Made by a program: the position numbers and the translations under genes. Of a stretch of DNA of 64,000 bases, positions 1-12,399 are shown piece by piece. Each line of letters starts with the position of its first letter. Positions within the stretch are counted from its first letter, which is position 1. The notes beneath the pieces are model-generated. The model was not told the origin of the DNA, did no database searches, and was given only the letters and a program-made list of their open reading frames with translations. The DNA comes from Amphiscolops sp. MND2022 (taxonomy: Eukaryota): positions 78,990,001-79,054,000 of the forward strand of contig OZ076409.1 of the NCBI GenBank assembly GCA_964187785.1. The letters are read 5' to 3'.

Positions 1-2480
1 CACCAGAAGCTCTACTTTATTGGATCTGCGAGGGTCAATTTGGAATAAACAGAGACCGGTATGACGATAAAGTTGTTGACCACTGTCACTATTCGGGAAA
101 GTTCCTGGGTTTTGCGCACCCAGAATGCAATCTCAAAAGGAAGACTGTCAATTTCAACCCAGTAATGGCACACAATTTGTCAAATTATGACTTGTATCAG
201 GTTTGCCTATATATTCACAAGTTTAAACCTGGTTGCAAGTCTGAGGTGATCCTGTCGACAGGCGAAAAATACATCACCCTAAAAGACGGAGTACCCGTTA
301 GAACATACCAAGACAAAAATGGAATGAGAAAGACTGTTTTCGAGTACTTGCGTTTCATTGACTCTTGTCGTTTCATGGCCTTTTCATTCAAAAAACTTAC
401 TGGTTTTTTGCCTTAAAAACAAAAGTTCAAAATATTGGACCGATGCTTTTCAGACTACTCTACAGAAGACATAAGCCTTTGTTACAAGACATTTTGACTG
501 GACAGTGCACACCATTTCACTTGCTCCCATTTGTCAGGTGATGCATTTTTGAAGCATTGTGGAGCCGACATTGAGCTGCTGACATATCGAGAGCACTTAG
601 AAATGGTGGAAAACATGATTGGAGGCGGTGTTGCCTCGGTATTTGACAAAAAGTTCTTCAAGGTCAACAATACATACGTTGCAGAACACAACTACAACAA
701 CTACAACACCTATGGGGTACTTCTTGATTAAAACAATTTGTATGGAGGCATCATGGAAAAGTTTCCGTTGCCAAAAAACAGCTTCGAAAAAGTGCACGAA
801 TATAACCTCGATAGATTTGTAGCAACTACAAACGATTCAGAGTATGGGTTCACTCTTGAATTTGATTTGCAATACCCCGATCGACTCCATGATGGACATG
901 AAGACTTACCACTAGCGACAACAAAAGAGCAAATCTACTACAAACGCCTGGGCAAGAGACCGCAAGAATTGCTCGAGGTGATGGGTGAAACCAGACGATA
1001 CAGTCAAGGTAAAACGCTCATTCAAACACTTGCGGACAAAAACAACTACACACTACATTACCTAGCCCTCAAACTCTATGTAAGCCTAGGCATGTAAGTG
1101 AAGAAAGTTCACCGCGTACTAAAATTCCGTCAAAACAAATGGGTCGAGCCGTATATGGAACTGAACACGCAAAAGCAAAGAGATTCCCGGAACAAGTTTG
1201 AGGAAAGTTTCTTCAAACTAATGAAAAAGGAAAAACTCTCGAAAACAAACGAAAGCGCCTGACTGTGCAGCTAGTAACCAACAGAGATGATGTTTTGAGG
1301 AGAACTGACACCCCATTCGTTTTCCAGTTTAAAATATTCAACGAAAATCTTGCCGCTATATCATCGAGGAAACGATCCATTCTCTGGAACAAGCCAGCAA
1401 TCGTTGGGGATACAGTTTTAGACTTAGCCAAGCTTCACATGTTTGACTTTCATTATAAGGTAATGAAGAAGCACTTTAATTGCTTTGTTCTTTATTCAGA
1501 CACTGATTCGCTGTTGTATGAAATCAAACATACAAAATTTTGAGAAGAACTAGCCACCAACGATGAATTGCATCAACATTTCGACCTCTGTAATTACCCA
1601 ACCGATCTTTTTTGTACAATTTTGAAAATCTAAAGTTTAAAGACGAACTCGCAGGAGATCCATTTGAGGAAAATGTCGGACTAAAATCAAAATTGTTTTC
1701 CATCTTGGTCGAGGATCGACAGAAGCTATCTGCCAAAGGCGTCTGCAAGTTCGCGCAGAAAGATCTGAATCATGACCTTCACAAAAAAATTTTACAAACA
1801 GGAAATCACTTCGAGACAATCAACATGAGAATATGGTCGGAAAAGCATCAACTGCAAACCATCAAGACCAACAAAGTATCACTAAGCTCGTTTGACGACA
1901 AGCGATTTATACTAGAAGATAGTTTTACTACCTTGCCTCACGGACATTACATGATAAGAGATGTCCATGTCACCCAAGACATCATCGACGAGACGGATTG
2001 GGGCAACGAAGAGGACGAAGAGATAGGATGAATTGATAGGTAACGATCCCGTTAACACAGTGACATAAACTTTTCCAGTGACCATGAAGAAATTTTCACA
2101 CTCAGCGACAACGAGCCAATAACGTTAACCCAGCAAATGATGGAAGCGTGGTCGCCCTCTGATACTGGGTTTAACCAAAGGGAATAGAGTGAGTCTGAGA
2201 TGGAAAATGATATTGCCAATTTAGATGAATCTTGCGAAGAGGCAAGCCCAGCTCGCAATCGATTAATTGAAGACGAAGCGGAAAAGACAGATGTAGAGGA
2301 AGAACCCAAACAAGATGACAAAGAGTCCGACCCCAACTATTGCGTGAAGTTGAAGCGAACGCCATAGAAGATTTGGAACACTTAATCAATTTTGATAACT
2401 GGTTCAGCGACAATGAATTTGTGAACCGGATGGAAAGAGCAAAAAAGAGAAGGATGGAAATTGTAAGCGAGAGCGAATAA
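1..2480 (+). pseudogene. Degenerate Polinton/Maverick-type protein-primed DNA polymerase B with N-terminal endonuclease VII-like Zn motif and acidic C-terminal tail; 5' end lies outside the window
   Basis: Ordered motifs across frameshifted or stopped ORFs: C..C...DHCHYSGKFLGFAHPECNLK (1-140), AHNLSNYD, FIDSCRFM, LYGGIM, FFKLM, KPAIVG..VLDLAKLHMFDFHY, YSDTDSL, FKDE, GLKSKLFS, AKGV, SLSSFDDKRFI..TLPHGHY. D/E-rich reading continues to ~2480. Confidence 0.9.
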
Positions 2481-2721
2481 GTATGTGTGCTTGATTTTAT
2501 TATAGGATTTTACATGAGCTGTATGCGTGTTGTATTCATTTTGTTTTGCTTTGTTTTGCTCTGAAGTGTTTTTCAACAAGCTTTCAAGTGGTTTCAAGCG
2601 CTTCAGTAATTTTTGAAAACTCAGTCTTGCTTTACTCTCATTTTTCTGGCCGTCGCGTTGTCTAATAGCATAGTAAATTTGAATTGAAGAAGAGTACAAG
2701 ATTTCCGTTTTCGATCCTTGT

Positions 2722-3251
2722 AAAACTTTGTATTTAGTCGAGATGGGTTTTAGCATTTGGATCGTATATGGTGCTTCAAAAGAGACTTATTGATCTGTCA
2801 ATTCCAGAAATGCTAGGGTGAAACCCGTGTTAGTTTCCAATTTTCCAGGGAGCACACTTTGTAATTTTGAGAACAATTTCAAAAACTGTTTTGAACCTCG
2901 CAAAACTTTGTAATTTCTCGAGGTTGGTTTAAGCATTTTGATCGTATATGGTGCTTCAAAAGACACGTATTGATCTGCCGAGTCCGGAAATGCTAGGGTG
3001 AAGCTTCCAAATTTCCAGGGAACACACTTTGGAATTTTGTGAATAATTTTGAAAGTTTTTTTGAACCTCGCAAAACTTTGTAATTTCACGAGATGGGTTT
3101 TAGCATTTGGTTCGTATATGGTGCTCCAAAAGACACGTATTGATCTGTCGATTCCAGAAATGCTAGGGTGAAACCCGTACTAGCTTCCACATTTCCAGGG
3201 AGCACACTTTGAAATTTCGAGAGTAATTGCAAAAGTTTTTTTGAACCTCGC
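2722..3251. repeat. Tandem repeat, 3 copies of ~170-180 bp
   Basis: Unit AAAACTTTGTA...ATCGTATATGGTGCTTCAAAAGA...AAATGCTAGGGTGAAA...TTGAACCTCGC starts at ~2722, ~2902 and ~3072. Confidence 0.9.
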
Positions 3252-3445
3252 ACTTCGGACCTTTTGAAAATTGCTATGATTAGGAAAATTAAAAAACCAG
3301 TGTAAAGCAAATAAGTGTTCATTCCAAAATTTAAAAACACAACTAGAGAAAGCTGCGAAATGAAACACATAAGAACAGACACCAAACAAGACAATTAGCT
3401 ACAAAAGAAGTACTAGAAGATTTCTAGAAGTTCTACTGACTTGAT

Positions 3446-4063
3446 TTACTGTTTTCCAGCCGCTGTCAGAGCTTCGAAAATAGTAAAAGCCTGATTCGCC
3501 AAAAATCTTTGGATATTGTTGATAACGTAGTGATTTTTGACACCACAAAGATTCAGAAGTAACTTCGACATTGGATTTATTACCATTTGCGACTTTCCCG
3601 ATTTTTCCAACTTGATTCGAACTGATCCACAACGACCCGTCATATTGACGGAAATTCTGATTTTGCAGACTGATCGTTTAGCTGATAGAGTTGCGCCTGT
3701 AACGGCATCTTGTAATTTCTTTTTATAACATGAAGCAATACCACATCCAACAGCAACAACAGCTTTGAACTTTTCGGGTTTGTGTACTGGGATTGTTTGT
3801 ATAACTTCAACTTTAACAAATTCACCAGCTAGATAATAAACAATCTCAGATTCGAAAATGAAAGTTGTAACGCAGAAAAGTTGTTCCAAAGATTCGAATT
3901 TCTCACTCTTTACTAATCGACCAATTTTACTGCAGGGCGTCCAATTTTCTAGTTTTAACTGTTTTTGAGGTACGAATGTTTGATATTTTTCATAACTGTT
4001 ACCAAGTTTACCAACTTCGACAGAAGGACACGAAGCTGAGAGATCCGAAGAAGAAAAGTGTTT
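3446..4063 (-). CDS. RPS2-like: Divergent intronless homolog of ribosomal protein uS5 (eukaryotic RPS2); open frame of ~205 codons, start probably joined by a frameshift to ORF 3955-4182
   Basis: WTPCSKIGRLVKSEKFESLEQLF...IFESEIVYY...EVIQTIPVHK...FKAVVAVG...AVTGATLSAK...TGRCGSVRIKL...KLLLNLCGV aligns by eye with the RPS2 core (W.PVTKLGRLVK..KI.SLEEI..IKESEI..EVLKIMPVQK..FKAFVAIG..AIRGAI.LAK..TGRCGSV.VRL..KKLL.MAGI). Confidence 0.8.
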   Translation of the reverse strand, partial: KHFSSSDLSASCPSVEVGKLGNSYEKYQTFVPQKQLKLENWTPCSKIGRLVKSEKFESLEQLFCVTTFIFESEIVYYLAGEFVKVEVIQTIPVHKPEKFKAVVAVGCGIASCYKKKLQDAVTGATLSAKRSVCKIRISVNMTGRCGSVRIKLEKSGKSQMVINPMSKLLLNLCGVKNHYVINNIQRFLANQAFTIFEALTAAGKQ

Positions 4064-4892
4064 TCAGATGTATATAATTGTTCTCGCGGGTTCGGGATTA
4101 CAAAAGCCTCGTCTGGGTGCTCATATTTGTCCTCCCAATTATTCCAAAGGAGATTCATGTATTCATTTCTATATGAATGCATAATATGATCCTTTTTCGT
4201 TGAGCTGAAGAATACGCTGGGGTCAGAATAGTTTCAGACAGCTTACTGAAACAACATAACATTAGTTTGTAGATAGAGCTGCTAAGCTAAAGTTTGCAAA
4301 ACAACAATGTAGTTAGATTCACTAAGTCTCAGTTCCGCAAACAAATGAAGAAAAACAGACTTTTGTTGATAGCCTGGATGCAACAACCCTTATTAAAATG
4401 TTATTATGTCAACCTCCAGATGAACTGAATCAGCTGCTGCATATGTACAATGTATTAATTCAATCCTATGAAATAGATAAACTATTGGTACAGGGGCTTT
4501 TTGTTTTTACCCTACCATAATGCACTTCCAGTTGTTTAATTTTCTTAAATGAGTTAAATATTTACAATCACTAACGAAAATCATTGTTGACGCTCAATGA
4601 TGATACAATCTTCCATTATGACACAATCATGGTGATACAATAATTGATGAAACAATCATTTTTGATGATAATCATATCAATCACACAATCATTGGTTAAA
4701 TCAATTATGTACTTAATCAAATCTTGTTAACATGTACCAGGGAAAGCAGTTATTCACGGAATGTAAAAATGTTCAATCAATTGGCCTGACATGTTCTTTT
4801 ATACAAGCTCAAATATCAAAATATAACAGTAGAAACACCACACGATCAAACTGAGGCTATATTCTTTATTGTTACGTAAGCGAGCTGATATT

Positions 4893-5045
4893 ACAGTATT
4901 CCGAGTGGTTAGTGTGCTCGGCCATCATTTCAATCGGCGAGGTTCGAATCCCGGGAGGGACTCATGGTCTTTGGTAGAAATGAAGTTTTTTGTCTATACC
5001 CCCATCCCGATGATCTGTTAGTTAGACATAAAACTAAACTACTCT
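4893..5045 (+). mobile_element. tRNA-derived SINE-like element
   Basis: Box A-like TCCGAGTGGTTAG (~4900-4912) and box B GGTTCGAATCC (4941-4951) at tRNA spacing. No clean cloverleaf. Followed by a short non-tRNA body and an A-rich AAAACTAAACT tail. Confidence 0.5.
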
Positions 5046-5779
5046 CGAAAACTTTAATCGAGTGAGTGAATGTTTTTCTGATCGTGGGGAATTTCACAAT
5101 TCACTTCCAAAGTTTTGTCTTCAAGTAGATCTAACGCACAGATATGTTATTCAAATTCAAAACATAATACTTTGAGCGAAACCATAGGTAATGTATAATA
5201 ACATCCTATCAAAAATGCATCTTTCATGCTGTGCTTCCAGACTGGTGATAGTATATACCCAGTTGCAAGCGAATGAAGGACAAGAGTTTTTGTCTTTTCT
5301 CGTACCTTACAATAACATGAAAAACACACAAGATTAATGCTTTAGAGATATAGGCTTGTAGACTTTGCTGTTTAAAAACAATAAATCATTACTTCAGCTG
5401 ACCAATGGTGAAAAAAGTGGTCCGATAGGCTAAAAGGTTTTGATTTTACAGCAGTACAACATAAGCCTTATCTTTGTTGACGTTGCTGATAGTTTTAGCC
5501 TCTGGCGTTTTTACCCAATTTTCCGACGAACCGGCAGTTTTTTAATTATAATTACAAGATGATGTTTTTTTACAATTGCAGAGTCGTTGACCAAGAGTCC
5601 AAACAAGGAGAAATATTACCCAGCGTAAGCCAGTTCATAACGATGACTGACCGACCACAATTGCTAGATGTAAACCTGCTGTCCAATTTGGCATGCATTG
5701 GCGCTTCTACTAGCTCATGGAAACTGTTCCTGAAACCGGTAGGTTTGAATTGCGAAGAAACAAATGACCTGTAAGTTTT

Positions 5780-6070
5780 CCGATGGAAGAGAATAAAAGC
5801 AAAAAAACTTTCTTGAGAAAAAGTCCCCCATTGAAATTTTTTGGCACTCTGCGACGTTTTTTGAATAACTTGTATTTCAGATAAGAATTCTCCTTTTAGT
5901 TTTTTCTGATGTTTCAGGTGGGAAAAGAAGCAGAAAAACAAAGGTCCCCTTCAATTTTTTTGGTAGTTTGAAATTGGGAGTTCATTCAAATACAATCTTT
6001 GACGCTTTGAAATACTTGTGCTGTTTCTGAGCTTCAAGCCGGCTACGACGTATGCCGTTCGCGAATTGTT
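5780..6070 (+). mobile_element. Degenerate, oppositely oriented copy of the Helentron-like family at 6460-6952
   Basis: GTCCCC..TTTTTTGGCA motifs and an end CGACGTATGCCGTTCGCGAATTGTT that resembles the family terminus. Confidence 0.5.
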
Positions 6071-6459
6071 GTTACTCAGGTATGATTTTTTTCAGATCCT
6101 TGATTTGTTTCAGGTGAAGGATCCGGATCGACGAAAACAAAAGGTTCAATACAAGTCTTTTAAGTGGAGAGAAATCAAACGAACAAGCTAGAGTCATGTT
6201 TGCCGCTGAGTGAACCTGGAGTCTGTCATAGGCTGCATGTGTTTCGAGAAGACCCGATTATTATTAGCGTTTTTTCAAAGCTTCGGATGTGTCTTCCTGT
6301 GGATTAAGGTATTCTGAGCAAGACACAGATATATGATCTTATATTATTGCCTAATAAAATGCTCGACCATTATTGCTTGAGGATTGCACCAACTCTTGTG
6401 TCCTTTAGTACTTAAGAATAAGGTTATTCACTTCGAGCGAACGCGAGCATGAAACATAT

Positions 6460-6952
6460 AACAAGCCGGGAACGGCATAAGTCGGCGCCATATCTAAGGC
6501 TCAAAACCAGCAAAAGGACTTCAAAATGTTAAGTATTCTGTTACAGTTACCCAAAAGTTGGACCGAATTGGCGTGCTGGGGACCATTTCGATTTTTTAAC
6601 ATCCATTGTTGCAAAACATCAAAATATTGACGTGTGGAACCTTTGGGGAAAAAATTCGAAAAAGTCTCGCAATGCCGAAAAAACTGAAAGGGGGACCCTT
6701 TGGAATTTTTCAACATCCATTATGTCGCAAAACATCAAAAAAAATAAAGGGGGACCTTTAGGGAATTTTTTCGAAAAGACAGTCTCACAATGCCAAAAAA
6801 CTGAAAGGGAGATCTTTAGTCTCGCCCGGTATTGTATGTTACGCGGAAAAAAAGAAAAAACATTTTTGATTCAGTTCTCTGGGCCAAATGTTTTAATTTG
6901 ATACCATAAAATTCGTAGAACTATTTTGGTCAGTTCATGAAGCGCCGACTAA
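6460..6952 (-). mobile_element. Non-autonomous Helentron-associated element (HINE/DINE-1-like)
   Basis: On the minus strand it starts TT-AGTCGGCGC and ends GCGCCGACT (subterminal inverted repeat), then a GCCG-N4-CGGC hairpin and CTTGTT. Internal GGGGACCCTTT repeats. A second copy lies at 61177-61647. Confidence 0.7.
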
Positions 6953-7154
6953 AAACGATTAAACTGACAACCAACAATTGAACCAATTAAATGTGTTCAT
7001 TCGGCCAATGGCTTGTCTGTTCAAATGTCTGTCGGCGTGTCTTCCAAGTTGGAGCCACGAAATTCTGCAAAACAAAATGCAATGGCTCTATTTTTAAATG
7101 CAGCTCAAATTTTCATCAGTTTTACCCCCATTTTATTGCAAATCAGCTTCTTTC

Positions 7155-7916
7155 CCCGGGTCGACCCTCCATGGATATCTTAGCTAAGATCTTGTCAAGA
7201 TATTGCCAAGAATTGCAAGATGTTACGGTAAGATCTTATCAAGAGAACCATGTTCCCAAGAAAACTTTTATGGTAAAACCGTATTTGCCAAGAAAAAAAA
7301 ACCTGAATGGAAGTCAACAAAAACACTCAACATTTCTGCAGATTTATATTGTTAGACATTAAAACTTCTGTTAGCAATGTATAAAACTTGATTGTAGAGA
7401 TATTTATTTAAGAAGACGCTGTTTAAATTGTTCTTTCAATTGCAAAACTGTCGCCAACAAACGTCAGAAAAGCCTCGAGCTAAATCATTACCCAAATCAG
7501 TGCAATGACCGACTTTTCTAGCAGTAATAAGGCTGCTGAAACATGCTCAAAGGAAGCTGGAAATATGATTTTTACAAAAATTTCCGGATTTTAAGGTGTT
7601 TCAGCAGGTTGAAGAATTTTGATTATGAAAACGAGTAGAAATAGTTGTTGTTGGGTGAAATGAGCCTTTAGATTGAATCTCGGCTGCTTGTACCGAAGGT
7701 ATAACGTTTTTTATAATCTTAAAAATTTGTCCATCGTGATAAGATACGATCTTGGAATAAAAACTATCTTAGTAAGATGCGATCTTGGAATAAGTATTAT
7801 CTTAGTAAGATCTTAATAAGAATCTTGCCATAAGATCCATGGTTGCCAAGATGTAGTAAGAATTTGGCAAGATCTTGCCAAGACAGCCAAGATGCTAGTA
7901 AGAGGGTCAACCCGGG
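7155..7916. mobile_element. MITE of CMC/EnSpm type (CCC...GGG ends, 2-bp TSD TC)
   Basis: TIR CCCGGGT(C/T)GACCCTC at 7155-7169 and 7902-7916, TC on both flanks, subterminal CAAGATCTT repeats. Confidence 0.8.
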
Positions 7917-8811
7917 TCGCTATAAATGAATAGATTCCAACGTAGCGTCTTATTCATCATGCAATTCTACGAACGGTAGATGGATAAGTTGAGTACTTGA
8001 GAAACTGAAATTTGAAAACAAAGTGATCGATGAGAAAGTGAATGATTTTTTCAGTTTTGATTGAGTTAGTGGACGCTGCAAAATGATGCTATTTTCCAGT
8101 TTTTCAAACACGATCTCGCAATTTCACTTATTATGTTAAAAAAGCTTTGTCTTGAATGCCAGAAAGCAGTGCGAAAAAGTCCCAGCACATTGAACTAGGA
8201 GAGCCGACAGCCATAACAGTAAACACATGTGGAGCACAAATAAAAACGGAACCTTAGGATCAAAATAAAAATTGCGAGTTACGCATCGGTCGTGACTCAT
8301 AGGTTTTTCAGGTAAAAACTTTCTACGTAATCGTAATGGTCATGTCATCCAAATTTTCCCACAACTGGGAACGCAACTGGGAAACAACTGGGAGCACAGC
8401 TCCGAACACAACTTTTTTAAAGCAATTTTTGTTGAATAGCTAGTTTGATTGACATTAACTAGCTCCCAAAAAACTAATCTAATCTCCACTAGTTTATTAA
8501 TTGTGATTTATTTCTTCAAAATGGCTTCTCGTGTGAAAAGAGTGCTATGAACAGTTTGCCGTTAATCACTTTCAACGGTAGTTGAGCTCCTAATTATGTT
8601 TTTCATTGTGATTGTTGCTCAAAATTGTGACTTCCTTTCCTTTCAATTGATCGAAGTTACCTTTTTCCAAAGAATTGAACTTCGTTTCTAACTCGTCAAT
8701 TACCTTACCTATGTGTGGTAATTAACCCGTAATTGGGGCATTTTATATCATCAATTGCTTTCTATATGTTATTTAACCCGTAATTGGGGCATTTTAGATT
8801 GTCAATAGCTT

Positions 8812-11660
8812 CCCAGTGACACGAATCTTGGCACGCTTGCCAAGATGCATGGGTATGCTTGCCAAGATCTTGGCAAGATCTTGCCAAGATCTTACCAAGG
8901 CTACCATGATCATGCAAGATCATGGCAAGGCTGACCATGCGTCTTACCAAGCGTACCAAGATTTTCCATGTATCTTACCAAGCTTTTCCATGTGTCTTGC
9001 CAAGCATACCAAGATTTTTCTATCCATCTTGCCAATCCAACCAGGATTTTTTCATGCATTTTGCAAAGCATTCCAAGATTTTCGTTGTAACTTGCAAAGC
9101 TTAATACGTTCTACGTGTGTTTTTGAGCCATTTGAGATTTTATATTGAATATTTTCGAAAACTGGAATAACCAAAATTTAATTGTTTCGATTTTCAAATA
9201 TTATAACAGTAAGTATTGTAGTTGCAGCACCAAAGAAAATTGGAAAATCATGCGAAAGTTTGACAAATGGAGTTTGTTTCTTCCACGGACAGCAACACAA
9301 TTTGCAAAACTTCGAAAGCTGGAGATATATTATCCATTAAACAAAGAATGAGTTCTGATGGCAGTCTTCGAGATCTGAGCAGTTCAAGCACTACAGGGGA
9401 CGATGCTGAAGTTGTCGCATGTACCTGGAAACATTTCAAAACATGAATTGTGAAGAACTACATAAAAAAATGCGATACTCGAAAAGAGTAGTTGTTGATC
9501 TGGAAAAAGCTTGAATGTTCCGCTCTAGCGTTGCGAAGTACATTTTTCTCAAGTTAGGAACACATTTTCCAAATTTTCTACGAAGTGGAGAAGCAAATCA
9601 TTCGAAATGAAAAGAAAGCAAAAGAGAACAATGAAAAACTTGCAAACGAAAAAAATCGAACTAGTCAAAGGTTTCAAAGACTCTGCCAGGCCTACGGGTT
9701 CCATTGGGCAGGAACGCAATTTACAAAAAAACGTCTTCAAAAACAAGAGAGAAACTTACCATCCAACAAATAATGAGTACTGCTGAAAGACGCGTCCAGA
9801 GCCAGCAGACTTGAAAGAAAAATACTTGGTCGTCACACCCGTCGAACAAACTGCCCTTTCACCACTCAAACTTTGACCAATTTAACGCCCGAACGACTCG
9901 AAACGCCGCCATAAAAACTGAAGGTAGCCACGGACCGTAAGGTTAGGACGCAAATGAATGGCGACATTTTCTGAGATTTTTCTGGCAACCGTCAATTAAC
10001 CTCTGCAAATGCTTAGTGGACATTGCAAAGCTTATCGCTACACCCGAGCTACCTTCCGGAACCCCCGAAGCCTAAAACCCATGCCATTTGATTCCATTAG
10101 ACAAGAAACCCGGTGTCAGGTCCTTTGGCGTAGGTGAAGTACTTCGACGAATAAATGGAAGAATTATTCTAAAAAGGCTCTCGAACGATCTCAATTAGCA
10201 GGGAGGCAACGTGCAGCTCTGCCAGGGCCAGAAGTGCGTAAAAAATTCGCCATTCACCCTCTAAGAAACGCCATGACAAACTTGAATAGGAAGGAATGCT
10301 CCTAATTGACGCCACAAAGGTATTCAATAGTTTGAATAGAAAATTAGTACTGAAAAACATAAAGGTCGTATGTCCATCTCTTCTCATTCCTCTGAAAAAT
10401 TCTTATGCATCGCCTTGCTCTCTTTTTGTCAGGGGTAAAGTGATTCTTTCACAAGAAGGCACAACTCAAGGTGATCCTGTTGCAAAGGCAACGCGTGGAA
10501 TTGCCATTTTGCCACTTGTGAAGTTACTAGAGAACACCGATAGAGTCCAGAAGTGGTACGCCGACGACGGAAACGCCGTAAGGATACTGAAAGATCTACA
10601 TCGACTCCACGAAACTCTAGCTGAACACGGCCCAGCGTTTGAATACCACATTACTAAGTGCCACATTATAGCAAAAAAGAATCCTATTGAAAACGCCACG
10701 GAAATTTTCCAGCATAAAGATTTTAACATCTTGGAAGGCCATCGAGTACCCGGATCGATCATCGGCAGCGCATCTGCTTGTCACAATCCCAAAACAAAAA
10801 TAGCGTCAGAGCGCGCAAAGAAACTCTCATTTCGAAACTTTCGAAACCATTTCGAAACTCTCACAGCACGCCAAAACAGCCACTCAGAATGTATATCAAG
10901 CATATACTAAAGGCATGCAAACGAAACTGTCATTTTTAACTCGAACATCGCCCGACATGGAAGAGTATCTGCAAGAGCCCGAAAAACAATTGTGTTGAGT
11001 TGAGTTATGATGGCAGTCTTCGAGATCTCAGCAGTTCAAGCACTACAGGGGACAATGCTGAAGTTGTCGCATGTACCTGGAAACATTTCAAAACATGAAA
11101 CATGAAAAACTACGTAAAAAACAAAAATTGCGATACTCGAAAACAGTAGTGTTGATCTGGAAAAAGCTTGAATGTTCCAATAACTTTGCGATAATTATAG
11201 CTTCCCCTCTCTGATTTGTTTCTAGGAACGTTCTAGGTACATCCTTAATTCATATTGACTTTGGTTCAAGGTGTAACGATACCTAGAGTAGATCGTAAAC
11301 TGCGTTTTTTGACTTAGAATTAGTTCTTCTAGCCTTGTTAAGATGTTGCCATCATATTTGATATGCGCAACATAATTCTTCTAAATGTAATGACAATTAG
11401 ATTGGGTTAAACAAGTTTTTTTCAGTTTTTCTGAAGAAGAGATCTTCATATCATTTGCTTGCCAAGATCTTGATAAGATCTTGCCATGATCTTGGCAAGC
11501 ATTTCCACATGGAACGCTTGTCAAGATCTTGCCAAGATCTTGCCAAGATCTTACCAAGCGTAGCATGCATCATGTTTTTCCATGCGTCTTGGTAAGCCTA
11601 CCATGCGTTTCCATGTTTTTCCAAGATCTTGGCAAGGCTACCAAGATTCGTGTCACTGGG
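8812..11660. mobile_element. 2.85-kb non-autonomous CMC/EnSpm-type element (TSD TT) containing a captured retrotransposon fragment
   Basis: Perfect 20-bp TIR CCCAGTGACACGAATCTTGG, TT flanks and subterminal CAAGATCTTG repeats. It interrupts a local ~52-bp tandem repeat that resumes at 11661. Confidence 0.9.
9525..10995 (+). pseudogene. Internal fragment of a CRE/R2-like non-LTR retrotransposon reverse transcriptase
   Basis: GSHGP.G.DANEWR, LIPLDKKPGVRSFGVGEVLRR, LIDATKVFNSLNR, SQEGTTQGDP, WYADD, EGHRV.GS.IG, with stops and frameshifts. Confidence 0.85.
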
Positions 11661-12399
11661 TTTCCATATGTTAATTAACCCGTGATTGACCCAATCTGCC
11701 AAACAACTGATGTGTTCATGTCGTGATTTGAAGGAATCACACCTTTAAATCAACCGTTTAATAATTCAAATGAAATGTTCAAAGCATAGTTTGATGTTAA
11801 CTAGAGTTTAAAACAGTAATTGATCAAATACTTTTTGATTTTGTAGTATTTTAACATGACAAGAAAGTCTTACTTAAGTCGGCGCCCCGCTCAAGGCCAA
11901 AAGTGCAAAGTCTTTCGAATATGCTGGAAGGCTCTTTTTATCAAAATCGCCAAGTGCCGAAAAACACCCTCTCGGCTTGAAAAAAATAGCACAATGCAGA
12001 AAAACTTTAATGCGTTTGCTACTTTTTAGACTTGTAATATGGTTCTAAAGATACGTTACATTTTAGACTTGCTTCACAATATGAAATTACTGACGAAGTT
12101 GATAAAATTGAAGACAAAAGCGGACCATTGAGTGTGAGATCTGACAGAAAAGAACCAAAAACTTGCCTCTGTAGGATTCGGGCACTTTTTGTTGAGAAAG
12201 CGCCAACCAGAAATGGTCAATTTCGCAAAATATCGTCTCGGAGTACTGCAACAAAATCGAACAGAGAAAACGTTGCAAAGGTTTTATCTGCTTTTTCAAC
12301 ACTGATTTAAATTTTTGAACACCAGCTTGAACGACCAGGGATTCAGTTCCAAAAAATGACCGTCAAAAAAATCAATGTGGTGGCATCCTGGTACTTTTT

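Noticed and set aside
4580..4730. Polinton terminal inverted repeat
   Set aside because: Only low-complexity ACAATCAT/GATGAT repeats. No AGT-type terminus is seen and the partner end is outside the window.
4893..4965. Functional tRNA gene
   Set aside because: Boxes A and B are present but the acceptor and anticodon stems do not pair well. Better explained as a SINE head.
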